Assembly (NCBI GenBank): GCA_964575355.1
Contig: CAZNQP010000007.1
Location: 5,038-69,037, forward strand
Origin: an uncultured Chloroflexaceae bacterium
GTDB taxonomy: Bacteria; Chloroflexota; Chloroflexia; Chloroflexales; Chloroflexaceae
Direction of reading: 5' to 3'
Length of the DNA stretch: 64,000 nucleotides
Each line of letters starts with the position of its first letter. The first letter of the stretch is position 1. The position numbers were made by a program, and so were the translations under genes. This document shows positions 47,169 through 56,095 of this stretch, piece after piece. The notes under the pieces were generated by a model. The model worked only from the letters and a program-made list of their open reading frames with translations. It was not told the DNA's origin and ran no database searches.

Positions 47169-47674
47169 AAGAACGGCTCCTGCGCGAAGTCGGGCTGATT
47201 GCGCTGTTGCTGCTGGTTGCGTTGCTGCAAACGTCGCTCGCCCGCACCCCCGCCGGGTTGCCGGTGCCGCTCGTGCTCGTGCTGGTCATCTGCCGTGCCG
47301 TGCTTGGGCTCGATACGAGCAGCAACTTCAGTACCGACGGTGCGCTCCGCTGGGCACTGTACGGCGGGCTGTCGCTCGACCTGATCGGCAACACACCGCT
47401 TGGGGTGCATGTGCTGGCACTGCTGCCGGGTGTGGTTGTCGCCCTGATAGTTGCCCGCACCTTCCAGAACAGCGGCGCAGTCGTGCCGTTGCTCTGTGTC
47501 GCAATTGCTGCTACCATATACGAGGTATTACTCGCGGCGACCTATCACATTATGGTTACGCCGCTCGACTGGCAACCCTACAGTACCTATATTTTGCTGC
47601 CCGCCGTGTTGCTTGCGCTCATCCCAACATTGCCCGTGTTCCACCTGATGCGCTGGCAGGGGCGACGCGGCTAA
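47141..47674 (+). CDS. mreD: rod-shape-determining protein MreD
   Basis: 177-aa polytopic hydrophobic protein after mreC. Start uncertain (28-nt overlap). Confidence 0.75.
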   Translation: MGDTRPRRLEERLLREVGLIALLLLVALLQTSLARTPAGLPVPLVLVLVICRAVLGLDTSSNFSTDGALRWALYGGLSLDLIGNTPLGVHVLALLPGVVVALIVARTFQNSGAVVPLLCVAIAATIYEVLLAATYHIMVTPLDWQPYSTYILLPAVLLALIPTLPVFHLMRWQGRRG

Positions 47675-47715
47675 CGGCGACAGCCGATACACACATGCAT
47701 CAGTAAGAAGGACGT

Positions 47716-50064
47716 ATGTTCCGTACTTGGATATTGCGCGGCATTCTCGTGGTGACGCTCGCCCTGCTCATTGGGCGGCTCTATCAGCTCCAACTCACCG
47801 ACAGCGACGATGCCCAACGCTACGGCACCGAAAGCATTGACGTGATTACCACGCGCTATGTGCTGGTCTCGCCGCGCCGGGGGGCAATAGTGGCGCGTGA
47901 CGGGCAAACGTTGCTGGCGCAGAGTATGCCCGTGTACAACGTCGCGGTGCGCCCCGGTAGCCTGCCCCCCGCCGATGACCCCGCGCGTGCCACCATTCTG
48001 GGGCGCATGGCGCAGGTACTCACCCTCACCAGTACGCTGACGCTCTCGCCCACGCTTGCCGCCCAACCCGCCACCCCCACCACGCCCGATGCACCTATCT
48101 GGGCAGACCTCGCCGCCGCTGGCGTGCCGATCACCGAACGCCCTGCCGCCGCCGAATGGGAGGTGCCGCCTGCCCGCACGCTCGACGTGCTGCGCGTCAC
48201 CGAACGCTACAGCAACGTGCTGCGGCTCAACAACCCAATTGAAGAACGGCTACGTACGGGGCAGATTTCCAATTACCAGACCCTCACCATCAAAGAAGAC
48301 ATATCGCGTGACCTTGCGCTGGCACTGGCGGAAAACAGCACCTACCTCCCCGGTGTGGTCATCCTCGAAGACTACCGCCGCACCTACCCCCAGAGCGCAA
48401 CAGTCCCGTCGCTGTCGCACCTGATCGGCTACATCGGGCGCATCAACCGCTGCGAACTTGCGGCAACCAACCCCACGGGTACATGGCTGACCGCCGTCAG
48501 CGATATTGTGACCCACGCCGCCGAGTGTGGCGTGGTCAGCAAAGATATTGCCAGCACCCGCAACCGCCCGGTCAACATCCCCATCTATCAGCCCGATGAC
48601 CGCATCGGCAAAGACGGGCTAGAAGCAGGCTACGAAGACGTGTTGCGCGGCAACCTTGGCGTGAACACCCTTGGCGTAGACGCACTCAACCGCCCGATCA
48701 GCGATGCCCGCGTGATGCAGCCCGTACAGGACGGCTACAACCTCGTCACCACCATTGACCTTGCCTTTCAACAAGAGGTACAAACCATTCTGCAACGCTG
48801 GATTGACGAAGGCGAACGCCGCCGCGCAGCCACCACCGACCACCGCAACGACTACAAGCCGATTGTCGCAGGCTCGGCGGTGGTGCTCGATGTCAAGACG
48901 GGCGAAGTGCTCGCAATGGTCAGCCTCCCGACCTACGATAACAACGTCTGGGTAGACCCCGACCGCGCCACAGACCTGCAAAACCTACTCGCGCCCGCCG
49001 ACCCGGAAGCCCTCGCCGAACTCATCCGGCAAGCCCCCCTGACCAACCGCGCCATCGCCGGACGCTACCCGCCCGGCTCAACGCTCAAGCCGTTTATCGG
49101 GGCAGTGGCACTACAACAAGGGGTCATCACAGCCGACACCGAACTGCGCGACCCCGGCGAAATTAGTATCGCGCAGAAAGACGGCACGCTCTTCACGTTG
49201 CCCAACTCGCTGCGCCGCGACAACGGCGAGATTGACCTCTCTGAGGCACTGCGCGTATCATCGAACGTCTTCTTCGCTGCCATTGCGGGCGGCAACGACC
49301 AAGCAACCAATCTGGGCGAAGACTACACCAAAGTGACCGGCATACAAATTGACAACCTTGCCACTGGGCTAAACGGGTTCGGGATGGGCGAACCCACCGG
49401 CATCCAACTCCCCGGCGAAACAGGCGGGCGCGTGCCGACCCCCGGCTGGAAAGCCCACACGCTCCGCGAACCGTGGACGACCGGCGATACCTTCAATGCC
49501 TCGATTGGGCAGGGCTACCTCGAAATGACCCCCCTGCAACTGGCAGACGCGCTGAGTGCGATTGCCAACAATGGCTACCTGCTGGAGCCACGGCTGGTGC
49601 GTGCCACCACCGACCGCCTCGGCAACGTCGTTGAGGAGTACGCCCCAGTGGTACGTGCCACTGTACCAATTGACCCGCAGCACTACTATGTGCTGCGCGA
49701 AGGCATGCGCCGCTCCGTGACCGACGGGGCAAACATCGCGGCACGCGACGACTGCTCAGGGCTGGCAATCGCGGGCAAGACGGGTACCGCCGAGTTCGGA
49801 CCTGTCATTGAAGTGGGCGACCGCCAGAGCCGCCAGAGCCACGCATGGTTCGCGGGCTTTGCCCCCTACGACGACCCGCAGATTGCCGTGGTGGTGCTCG
49901 TCGAAGGAGTCGGCGACCTCGACGACGGCTCGGCAACGATTGCCGTGCCTGCCGTCACGCAGGTGATGCAGGCATACTTCAACATCGCGCCGCCCACCGG
50001 CGAAGCCCGCGATGCGGAAGGGCGACCACTGCCGCCAGCCGGTTGCCCACTGTTGCCACAGTGA
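47716..50064 (+). CDS. mrdA: penicillin-binding protein 2 (elongasome transpeptidase)
   Basis: SxxK (GSTLKP), SxN (SSN), KTG (KTGTA). N-terminal TM. 782 aa with insertions. Confidence 0.93.
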   Translation: MFRTWILRGILVVTLALLIGRLYQLQLTDSDDAQRYGTESIDVITTRYVLVSPRRGAIVARDGQTLLAQSMPVYNVAVRPGSLPPADDPARATILGRMAQVLTLTSTLTLSPTLAAQPATPTTPDAPIWADLAAAGVPITERPAAAEWEVPPARTLDVLRVTERYSNVLRLNNPIEERLRTGQISNYQTLTIKEDISRDLALALAENSTYLPGVVILEDYRRTYPQSATVPSLSHLIGYIGRINRCELAATNPTGTWLTAVSDIVTHAAECGVVSKDIASTRNRPVNIPIYQPDDRIGKDGLEAGYEDVLRGNLGVNTLGVDALNRPISDARVMQPVQDGYNLVTTIDLAFQQEVQTILQRWIDEGERRRAATTDHRNDYKPIVAGSAVVLDVKTGEVLAMVSLPTYDNNVWVDPDRATDLQNLLAPADPEALAELIRQAPLTNRAIAGRYPPGSTLKPFIGAVALQQGVITADTELRDPGEISIAQKDGTLFTLPNSLRRDNGEIDLSEALRVSSNVFFAAIAGGNDQATNLGEDYTKVTGIQIDNLATGLNGFGMGEPTGIQLPGETGGRVPTPGWKAHTLREPWTTGDTFNASIGQGYLEMTPLQLADALSAIANNGYLLEPRLVRATTDRLGNVVEEYAPVVRATVPIDPQHYYVLREGMRRSVTDGANIAARDDCSGLAIAGKTGTAEFGPVIEVGDRQSRQSHAWFAGFAPYDDPQIAVVVLVEGVGDLDDGSATIAVPAVTQVMQAYFNIAPPTGEARDAEGRPLPPAGCPLLPQ

Positions 50065-50109
50065 GTTGTCACAGTAATACGGTACCCTGTTCCTTTCTGG
50101 TCATTCGTC

Positions 50110-50118
50110 TGCTATAAT
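50110..50118 (+). promoter_or_regulatory. extended -10 TGCTATAAT upstream of minC
   Basis: 35 nt before the minC ATG, in the 88-bp spacer. Confidence 0.5.
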
Positions 50119-50152
50119 AAGGCACTATACCCGTTTAAGTAGTAACAGGCAT

Positions 50153-50833
50153 ATGCAGCAGGTTGTAACGATCAAAGGTGGTAAAGATGGACTCCGCCTA
50201 CACATTGCCGATGATGCTGAATGGCAGCAGGTCATGCGTGCGCTGCAAGAGCAATTTGTACAGGGGCAACAGTTTTTTAGCGGCGCACGGCTGCACCTTG
50301 ATGTGGGGGAGCGCACCCTGACCGATGCCCAACTTGCTGAAGTCCTAGGGCTGATGAGTAGCCACGGCATCGTGCCGCAACACCTGATCGCCGCCGACCG
50401 TGACAGCCGCGACCGTGCCCGTGCTGCCGGCTTGACGGTACGGGTGGCACCAGAAACACGCCCCGCCGCTGGCACACCCACCGTGGCACCCGCGCCAGAG
50501 GCAACCTTGCTGGTACGCACGGTGCGTTCGGGGCAGGTCATTCGCCACGCTGGGCACGTCACGCTGATTGGCGATGTGAACGCGGGTGCCGAGATTATCG
50601 CGGGGGGGAGTGTAGTGGTGTGGGGGCGGCTCCGGGGTCTCGTCCACGCGGGCGCAATGGGCGACCGTACCGCCGTGATCGCCGCGCTCGAACTGCGCCC
50701 CACCCAGTTGCGTATCGCCAACTTGATCGCACGCACGCCGGAAGACGCAACCGCCGGGCAGACAGTGCCCGAAGTTGCCTCGGTAGAAGATGACCATATT
50801 TTGGTCGAGACGTGGGCAGTCTATCGTAAATAG
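50153..50833 (+). CDS. minC: septum site-determining protein MinC
   Basis: C-terminal beta-helix repeats GHVTLIGDVNAGAEIIAGGSVVVWG.LRG.VHAG. Confidence 0.9.
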   Translation: MQQVVTIKGGKDGLRLHIADDAEWQQVMRALQEQFVQGQQFFSGARLHLDVGERTLTDAQLAEVLGLMSSHGIVPQHLIAADRDSRDRARAAGLTVRVAPETRPAAGTPTVAPAPEATLLVRTVRSGQVIRHAGHVTLIGDVNAGAEIIAGGSVVVWGRLRGLVHAGAMGDRTAVIAALELRPTQLRIANLIARTPEDATAGQTVPEVASVEDDHILVETWAVYRK

Positions 50834-50852
50834 CAGAAGGGCAGGAAGCCGT

Positions 50853-51656
50853 ATGGGGCGGGTCATCACGATTACATCTGGCAAAGGGGGCGTAGGGAAA
50901 ACCACAACCACCGCCAACCTCGGCACCGCACTTGCATTGCAAGGGGCGCGGGTCGTCGCGCTTGATGCCGACATTGGGCTACGCAACCTCGATGTGGTGA
51001 TGGGGCTAGAAAACCGCATTGTCTACGATCTCGTAGATGTGGTGGAGGGGCGCGTGCCCGCCCGCAAAGCCTTGATTAAAGACAAGCGGTTGCCCGAACT
51101 GTACCTGCTGCCCGCCGCCCAGACGCGCGACAAGGACGCGGTGAATGCACAGGATATGATCAACCTGACCAACGACCTCCGCACAACCCACGACTTTGTG
51201 CTGATTGACTGCCCCGCCGGGATCGAGTCGGGCTTCCGCAATGCCATTGCCGGTGCCGATGAAGTCTACATCGTCACCACGCCCGAAGTATCGGCGGTGC
51301 GCGATGCCGACCGTGTCGTGGGGTTGGTAGAAGCCGCCGACAAGGGACCGCCGCGCCTCATTGTCAACCGCCTCAACCCGCGCCTCGTCGCAAAGGGCGA
51401 GATGATGTCTATGGACGATGTATTACAAGTTCTCTCGATCAATCCGCTTGGCGCAGTGCCCGAAGACCCCAGCGTGTTGGCATCATCCAACCGGGGCGAA
51501 GCAGCCGTGTTTATGGCAGAGTCCCTTGCCGGACGCGCCTACATGCATATTGCGCGGCGCGTGCAGGGCGAAGACCTGCCCATGCTGCAATTTGAGGAGC
51601 CGCAACCCGGCGTACTTGACCGCTTACTGGGCGGGCTGTTCGGGCGGCGGGTGTAA
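50853..51656 (+). CDS. minD: septum site-determining ATPase MinD
   Basis: ATG at 50853. deviant Walker A SGKGGVGKTT. C-terminal amphipathic LGGLFGRR. Confidence 0.96.
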   Translation: MGRVITITSGKGGVGKTTTTANLGTALALQGARVVALDADIGLRNLDVVMGLENRIVYDLVDVVEGRVPARKALIKDKRLPELYLLPAAQTRDKDAVNAQDMINLTNDLRTTHDFVLIDCPAGIESGFRNAIAGADEVYIVTTPEVSAVRDADRVVGLVEAADKGPPRLIVNRLNPRLVAKGEMMSMDDVLQVLSINPLGAVPEDPSVLASSNRGEAAVFMAESLAGRAYMHIARRVQGEDLPMLQFEEPQPGVLDRLLGGLFGRRV

Positions 51657-51685
51657 ACCCTTTACCAGACAACAGGGAGCATACT

Positions 51686-51979
51686 GTGGGTATTTTCGAT
51701 ATGTTTCGCGGCAAAAGTCAGCCCCCCACCAGCGCACGCGTCGCGCGTGACCGCCTGCTGACGGTACTTGTCCACGACCGCGTGAAGCTGTCGCCCGAAC
51801 TGCTCGAACAAATGCGGAACGAACTTGCGGCAGTCATTCTGCGCTACGTGCCGTCGGTCAACCCGGAAGAGATCGAAGTCACCCTGCTGCGCGGCGAAGG
51901 CGGCGAAAGTGCCGACCGCCTGAAAGCCGATGTGCCGTTGCGCCGCGTGCAAGACGACACCGCCTATCCACACTCATGA
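51686..51979 (+). CDS. minE: cell division topological specificity factor MinE
   Basis: GTG start. FDMFRGK...SA..A..RL..VL.HDR. Confidence 0.9.
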   Translation: MGIFDMFRGKSQPPTSARVARDRLLTVLVHDRVKLSPELLEQMRNELAAVILRYVPSVNPEEIEVTLLRGEGGESADRLKADVPLRRVQDDTAYPHS

Positions 51980-52022
51980 CCAGCACCCTACGCCAGCCAC
52001 CCACCACCCACCACGACGCTAG

Positions 52023-52055
52023 CCCGTTGGCACCCATTGCCACGGGACTTTTATT
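52023..52055 (+). terminator. Rho-independent terminator after minE
   Basis: CCCGT(T)GGCA / TGCCACGGG stem (one bulge), 5-nt loop, then ac-TTTTATT. Confidence 0.65.
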
Positions 52056-52070
52056 GCCCGGAGACACGCC

Positions 52071-53084
52071 GTGACAAACGACGACCTGCACCTGAACGAC
52101 ACCCCGCCCCCCCCCGATGCCACGCCACCGGGCGACGTTGCCCCACCCACCGCTGACCACGACGCTACCGTCAGTGCGCTGGTACCGCCCATGCCCGCTA
52201 TGCGCGTCGGCTTTGTGGCACTGGTGGGCAAACCGAACGTCGGCAAGAGTACGCTCTTAAATGGCTTGCTGGGGCAGAAGGTCGCGATTGTGTCGCACCG
52301 CCCGCAAACCACCCGCGTACCATTACGCGGCATCGTCAACCGTGCCGACGCACAGGTCATCTTCATTGATACCCCCGGCATTCATCAGGCACAGAACGAA
52401 CTCGGACGCTTTATGGTGCGGCTGGCGCAGCAAGCGATCCCAAACGCCGATGTGGTGTGCATGATGGTAGACATCAGCAAGCCGCCGTCGCGCCTCGACA
52501 TCAGCATCGCCCAAGAGGTGCGCCGCGCCCGTATCCCGCGCCTGCTCGTGCTCAACAAGGTAGACCTACCCGGCGGTGACCCCAAACACGTCGCCGCCTT
52601 CCGTGAACTTGGCGAGTGGGACATGGAGATAGCGGTATCGGCACTGAAGGGCAAGGGACTCGCTGGGCTGATGGACGAGATTGTCGCCCGCCTGCCACAG
52701 GGCATTCCGCTCTATCCCACCGACTGGCTGACCGACCAGCAAGTACAGTACCTCGCGGGCGAGATGGTGCGCGAGCAAATCCTCAAGTACACCAACCAAG
52801 AGGTACCCCACGCCGTCGCCGTCGAGGTGGAAGAGTGGGACCCACGCGAGCACGTCATCTATGTACGCATGACGATTTATGTCGAGCGCGACAGCCAGAA
52901 GGGTATTATTATCGGGGCAGGCGGCGTGACGCTCAAGCGCATTGGGCAAGCCGCCCGCCGCAATATCGAACAACTGACAGACCAGCAGATTTACCTCGAC
53001 CTGCACGTCAAGACGCGCCCCAATTGGCGCAACGACACCGCCTCGATGGGCTGGCTCGGCTACCGCTACAAAGACTGGCAGTAG
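52071..53084 (+). CDS. era: GTPase Era (possible Pro-rich N-terminal extension)
   Basis: GFVALVGKPNVGKSTL, DTPG, NKVD, C-terminal KH domain. Start is GTG 52071 or ATG 52191/52200. Confidence 0.9.
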   Translation: MTNDDLHLNDTPPPPDATPPGDVAPPTADHDATVSALVPPMPAMRVGFVALVGKPNVGKSTLLNGLLGQKVAIVSHRPQTTRVPLRGIVNRADAQVIFIDTPGIHQAQNELGRFMVRLAQQAIPNADVVCMMVDISKPPSRLDISIAQEVRRARIPRLLVLNKVDLPGGDPKHVAAFRELGEWDMEIAVSALKGKGLAGLMDEIVARLPQGIPLYPTDWLTDQQVQYLAGEMVREQILKYTNQEVPHAVAVEVEEWDPREHVIYVRMTIYVERDSQKGIIIGAGGVTLKRIGQAARRNIEQLTDQQIYLDLHVKTRPNWRNDTASMGWLGYRYKDWQ

Positions 53085-53111
53085 CCCGCCCACTGCAACC
53101 CGCACCCCCCT

Positions 53112-53151
53112 GCCAGCGTCATGGTACTATAGCCAGCGTCATGGTACTATA
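53112..53151. repeat. 20-bp perfect tandem duplication GCCAGCGTCATGGTACTATA x2
   Basis: 53112-53131 equals 53132-53151. Each copy carries TGGTACTAT. A third -10-like TATACT follows at 53157-53162. Confidence 0.92.
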
Positions 53152-53204
53152 GAAGGGTATACTGTACACGCGGGCACACCCACCCGCCACAGCCGCAGGA
53201 AGTT

Positions 53205-55118
53205 ATGGTCGCAGCATCCGCATCCATCTGGTTTGAACTTGCCGTCCTCATCACCGTTGCCGTCGGCAGCATCCTTGCGGGCATCCTCGGCATTGTGCCG
53301 GGGGTGCGGGCGTTGTTCCAGCGTGCCCTGACCACCAACCCCGAACAGCGCACGACACAGGGTTACCTTGCCCTACACCTGCTCGCGCCCGCCCTCAATG
53401 CGCTGGGGACACTCCTCACGCTACTGGTTGTCCCGATCCTGTTGTTTCTCCTGCTGCCTCCCGTGTTCATTGCACTCGCAGTCGTGCTCTTCATTTTCCG
53501 GCATGCGGTCCTACGCTGGAGCAAGCGCGGGGTGAGTTTCTGGCTTGTAGGCACGGTAGTCGCCCGCGTCGCCAGCAACCTGCTGGCGATGCTGCTGTTT
53601 GGCATCGCCTCGACGAATACGCTCAACGGTAGCGGGTTCCTCGCCCTGTTCAGCCTGACGCTCCCAGCGGCAATCTTGCTGCTGCCCGCCTATGGAGCAG
53701 GCACGCACCTGCACCATAGCACCTACCGCGCCATCAACCGCACGCTCACGCTCGCGGGGGCATTGCGCTGGCTCGCCGCAGCCGTTGCCGCCGTGACCTT
53801 CTACGGGGTCTATACAAACACCCCACTCTTCGCCAGCGACCTAGCCGTCCTGATCGGCTTTGTGGCAGGCATCACCCATGTGGGCATTGCTGCCACCACT
53901 GCCCTCTATGCCAACCAGACGTTGCAGAGTGGCGCACTCGCCCTGCACCGTGCCACGCCAAGCAGCACCAACCCGCCGCCGCCACGCCGCCCAGCAGTTG
54001 CCACGCCACGGTATAATAGACACCAGCGTACCGCGCCACCGCCACCTACGCCCACTTCTCCCGTTGCGGGGGCGCAGGCAGCCCGCGCTGCCGCCAGCAG
54101 TGGCTTGCAGAGTAACACACAGGTGATCAACAACGCCCCACAACCCGCCGCGTCTGCCCAGCAACCCGTTCCAACCGGCACCCCGACGGGCAATCTGGTG
54201 TACTGCCCCGTCTGCCAGACGGCTGCCGACCTGTCCGACGAGGAATGCCCATCGTGTGGCTTGCTGTTTGCCAGCCGCATCCCGGCACAACTGCGAACCC
54301 TACCCGACTATACGATAGTGCGCCCGCTCGGCGACGGCGGCATGAGTAGTGTCTATCTCGCCCGCACACGCTTTCGGGACGAACTAGTCGTCCTCAAGAC
54401 GCTGGTAGGCGTGGAGCAGCAGGACAGTACGTGGCGCAGCGAAGCAACGCGCTGCCTCCGCCGAGAAGCCACGCTCTTGCAGCAACTCGACCACCCGCAC
54501 ATTGCCCGCATGCGTTCGTGGTATAGCGGCGCACAGGTAGACGTGCTCGTGCTCGACTATGTGCCCGGTGCCACGCTGGCGCAACACCTGACCCGCGACG
54601 ACGGCAGTGGCACGCGCGTGCCGGGTACACCGCTGCCGCGCTTGCAGGCTTTGCAGCACGGCATCACGGTGACAACCATCCTTGACCACCTCGCGCACCT
54701 GCCGCAACCTGTCATTCACCACGACATCAAGCCCGCCAACCTGATCGTCCACGCCGACACCGAGCGGCTCATGCTGGTAGACTTCGGGAGCGCGGTACTG
54801 CCCCACAGTGGCAGCAGCACAGTGCGCTTCGATAGCTACGGCACCCCCGGCTATGCCGCCCCCGAACAGTATCAGGGCATGTCATCGCCCGCCAGCGACG
54901 TGTACGGGCTGGCTGCCACGCTGTACCACCTGCTGACCGACGACGACCCGACCGCCCACCCGTTGCAGTTTCCGCAGATGCACACGCTACCGACGCGCCT
55001 TGCGGCGACCCTCACCGCCGCGCTCGACAACGACCCAGCCCGCCGCCCGTCTGCGCGCCGCTTCCGTAGCGACCTTGAGGCATTGCTCCGGGCTGAAAAG
55101 ATTGCACAGGCTGCATGA
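53205..55118 (+). CDS. Ser/Thr protein kinase with N-terminal polytopic membrane domain and zinc ribbon
   Basis: About 6 TM helices, Pro-rich linker, CPVC...CPSC. Kinase domain has LGDGGMSSVY, VVLK, HHDIKPANL, DFG, APE. Confidence 0.9.
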   Translation: MVAASASIWFELAVLITVAVGSILAGILGIVPGVRALFQRALTTNPEQRTTQGYLALHLLAPALNALGTLLTLLVVPILLFLLLPPVFIALAVVLFIFRHAVLRWSKRGVSFWLVGTVVARVASNLLAMLLFGIASTNTLNGSGFLALFSLTLPAAILLLPAYGAGTHLHHSTYRAINRTLTLAGALRWLAAAVAAVTFYGVYTNTPLFASDLAVLIGFVAGITHVGIAATTALYANQTLQSGALALHRATPSSTNPPPPRRPAVATPRYNRHQRTAPPPPTPTSPVAGAQAARAAASSGLQSNTQVINNAPQPAASAQQPVPTGTPTGNLVYCPVCQTAADLSDEECPSCGLLFASRIPAQLRTLPDYTIVRPLGDGGMSSVYLARTRFRDELVVLKTLVGVEQQDSTWRSEATRCLRREATLLQQLDHPHIARMRSWYSGAQVDVLVLDYVPGATLAQHLTRDDGSGTRVPGTPLPRLQALQHGITVTTILDHLAHLPQPVIHHDIKPANLIVHADTERLMLVDFGSAVLPHSGSSTVRFDSYGTPGYAAPEQYQGMSSPASDVYGLAATLYHLLTDDDPTAHPLQFPQMHTLPTRLAATLTAALDNDPARRPSARRFRSDLEALLRAEKIAQAA

Positions 55119-56095
55119 CACCTGCTGTCTACATCACCCAACAGATGCCCGCCGCGGTGCTGGCAATCCTTGCGCCAGCCTGCCGCTATGCCCAGTGGCA
55201 GCACCCCACCTCTGCCCCGCGCGATGAACTGCTCGCCGCCGTGGGTGACATAGCGGGGCTGTTCTGCACTATCAGCGACCGCATAGACGAAGAACTGTTG
55301 GCTGCCGCCCCCCACCTGCGGATTGTGGCGAATGCTGCGGTGGGCTACGATAACATTGACGTAGCCGCCGCCACCCGGCGCGGTGTGCTCGTCACCAACA
55401 CGCCCGGTGTCGTCACCGAGGCAACCGCCGACATGGCATGGGCACTGATGCTGGCGACGGCGCGGCGCGTAGTCGAAGGCTACCACAGCATTGCCAACGA
55501 TGGCTGGGGCGCGTGGTCGCTGACGTATATGCTGGGGCACGGCACGGCGGGCAAGACCCTCGGCGTGGTGGGCGCGGGGCGCGTGGGGGCGGCAATCTTA
55601 CGGCGTGGTGTGGGCTTTGATATGCAGCTCCTCTACCATAACCGCAAGCCGAGCAGCGAGCTAGAGATGCTGACCGGGGCACAGTATGCCCCCCTCGCTG
55701 ACCTGTTGCAGCAAGCGGACTATGTGGTTGTAGCGGTACCGCTCACCGCCGAAACACGCGGCATGTTTGGCGCGGCACAGTTCGCCCAGATGAAAGACAC
55801 CGCCGTGTTCGTCAACGTGGCACGCGGCGCGGTGGTAGACGAAGACGCGCTGTACGCTGCACTGCAACAGGGGCGACCGTGGGCGGCGGGGCTAGACGTA
55901 TTCGCGCACGAGCCGATTAAACACGACCACCCGCTCTTGACACTGCCCAACGTGACCGCCGCCCCGCACAGTGGTAGCGCAACGTGGGAGACACGGCTAG
56001 CAATGGCGACGCTCGCCGCCGAAAACCTCGCAGGCTTTTTGCAACACGGCATACCCCAATCGCCCGTCAACCCGGAAGTGCTTCAGCGCGGCTAG
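55115..56095 (+). CDS. D-isomer-specific 2-hydroxyacid dehydrogenase (glyoxylate/hydroxypyruvate reductase-like)
   Basis: ATGA overlap. GVVGAGRVG NAD motif, RG.VVDE.AL, catalytic His in APHSGSAT. Confidence 0.9.
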   Translation: MTPAVYITQQMPAAVLAILAPACRYAQWQHPTSAPRDELLAAVGDIAGLFCTISDRIDEELLAAAPHLRIVANAAVGYDNIDVAAATRRGVLVTNTPGVVTEATADMAWALMLATARRVVEGYHSIANDGWGAWSLTYMLGHGTAGKTLGVVGAGRVGAAILRRGVGFDMQLLYHNRKPSSELEMLTGAQYAPLADLLQQADYVVVAVPLTAETRGMFGAAQFAQMKDTAVFVNVARGAVVDEDALYAALQQGRPWAAGLDVFAHEPIKHDHPLLTLPNVTAAPHSGSATWETRLAMATLAAENLAGFLQHGIPQSPVNPEVLQRG

